Assembly (NCBI GenBank): GCA_963793865.1
Contig: CAWCBP010000011.1
Span: 32,001 to 96,000 of the forward strand
DNA length: 64,000 nucleotides
Reading direction: 5' to 3'
Source: an uncultured delta proteobacterium
Lineage (GTDB): Bacteria > Desulfobacterota > WTBG01
Shown here in pieces: positions 62,882 through 64,000 of the stretch. The translations under genes were made by a program, and so were the position numbers. Positions within the stretch are counted from its first letter, which is position 1, and every line of letters begins with the position of its first letter. The notes below the pieces were generated by a model. It saw only the letters and a program-made list of their open reading frames with translations. It was not told the origin of the DNA and did not search any database.

Positions 62882-64000
62882 ATGTTTTCCCTGCTCGATC
62901 TGCTACTCATACTTGCCGCCCTGGCCGTATGCTGCTACGGGGTGTACGACCATGTGCGCCTCTGGCTGGCCGGGCAGCCGGAGCGCCGCGGGGTTTCCCT
63001 GGGCAGGGGCATCTGGTATGCACTCCGCTACGGGTTTTTCCAGCGCTATTTTCTGAAGGAATCCTATCCCGGGATCATGCATCTTTTGATACTGGCGGGA
63101 TTCTGCATTCCCCTTGCGGTCATCGTGGTTACGCAATGGCCCTTCACCCTAACGCTCAGCTTCGGCATTGTTTTTTCCTTCCTGCTGGATATCATCGGCC
63201 TGGCCGCGCTCGTCGGCTGCTGCCTGGCCATCGTCAGGCGCTATGTCATCAAGCCGGCCCGGCTGGACAACACCCGCGATGACGCGCTGGCGCTCATCCT
63301 GGTGACCTCCATTATTTTTCTGGGATTCGTCATCGAAGGCTTCCGCATCGGCATCACCCAGCCGTCCAATGCCCTCTGGAATCCGGTCGGACTGTCTTTC
63401 GCGCGGGTGCTTGCCGCCCTGGGGATGACGGGCGGGGCGGGCTCGGTGTTCCTGCATCACCTTATCTGGCGGGTTCACTTTTTCCTGGTGCTGGCATTCA
63501 TTGCCTATCTGCCATATTCCAAACTCTTTCACATCGTCAGCGCGACCCTCAATACCATCCTGCGCTCCACCGGCCCCAAGGCGGTGCTGGCGCCCATCAC
63601 TGATTTTGAAACCAGGGAAACCTACGGCGTTTCCAACATCCCGGAGTTTACCTGGAAGCAGCTGCTTGATCTTGATGCCTGCACCCGGTGCGGGCGATGC
63701 CAGGACCGGTGCCCGGCCCATCTCACCGAAAAGCCGCTCAGCCCGAAGAAGCTCATTCAGGACCTGAAACAGCATTTGCAGAAGGAGCGCCCCATCCTGA
63801 TGGGAAACGGCAGGGACAAGGAAGGGCAGGCGCTGACGCCCATCATGGGCAATGCCATTACCGATGACGAGCTCTGGTCCTGCACCAGCTGCATGTCCTG
63901 CATGGAGCAGTGCCCGGTGTTCATCGAGCAGATTCCCAAGGTGGTCGACCTCAGGCGCTACCTGGTGATGATGGAAAGCAGCTTCCCTCCGGAAGTGGCC
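62882..64000 (+). CDS. Membrane Fe-S oxidoreductase (FadF / ETF:menaquinone oxidoreductase-like), partial
   Basis: Manual translation MFSLLDLLL..GIMH..EGFRI..HFFL..PYSKLFHI..DACTRCGRCQDRCPA..WSCTSCMSCMEQCPV; open to window end. Confidence 0.9.
   Translation, partial: MFSLLDLLLILAALAVCCYGVYDHVRLWLAGQPERRGVSLGRGIWYALRYGFFQRYFLKESYPGIMHLLILAGFCIPLAVIVVTQWPFTLTLSFGIVFSFLLDIIGLAALVGCCLAIVRRYVIKPARLDNTRDDALALILVTSIIFLGFVIEGFRIGITQPSNALWNPVGLSFARVLAALGMTGGAGSVFLHHLIWRVHFFLVLAFIAYLPYSKLFHIVSATLNTILRSTGPKAVLAPITDFETRETYGVSNIPEFTWKQLLDLDACTRCGRCQDRCPAHLTEKPLSPKKLIQDLKQHLQKERPILMGNGRDKEGQALTPIMGNAITDDELWSCTSCMSCMEQCPVFIEQIPKVVDLRRYLVMMESSFPPEVA

Noticed and set aside
1..64000. tRNA, rRNA, tmRNA, SRP/6S RNA, prophage or autonomous IS
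   Set aside because: No corresponding sequence signatures or genes recognised by eye; covariance searches were not run

Overview
GC-rich bacterial chromosome segment whose gene content (tungsten AOR with a BamC-like Fe-S partner, ETF plus a membrane Fe-S oxidoreductase, Mla, FtsEX-EnvC-CtpA) points to an anaerobic, probably fatty-acid-degrading deltaproteobacterium (Desulfobacterota; inference). The backbone is housekeeping: argS, tkt, tsaC-purE-purD-purH, mlaDFE, alr, gltX, msrA, fadR-etfBA. The most striking region is an ~11 kb, visibly AT-richer cluster (31.3-42.4 kb) lying between mlaE and mlaF on the opposite strand. It encodes seven secreted Cys-rich proteins sharing a dockerin-like module (C-terminal in six). 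Five also carry an N-terminal cohesin-like beta-sandwich, and the cargo domains include a WxKTYG beta-propeller and DUF1566/Lcl domains, suggesting a modular cohesin-dockerin-type surface assembly. Other notable items: a ~925-aa secreted Cys/Asp repeat protein (13.4-16.2 kb), two TGAATGA-N4-TCATTCA FadR/YsiA-type operators ~58.6 kb apart, a structured leader with a terminator upstream of the cluster, an in-frame TGA with a SECIS-like hairpin, and several families of REP-like palindromes and heptamer arrays. Many genes, including purH and mlaF, carry small frameshifts, probably uncorrected sequencing indels, so reconstructed genes need read-level confirmation. No rRNA, tRNA, CRISPR array, transposase, integrase or reverse transcriptase was seen.
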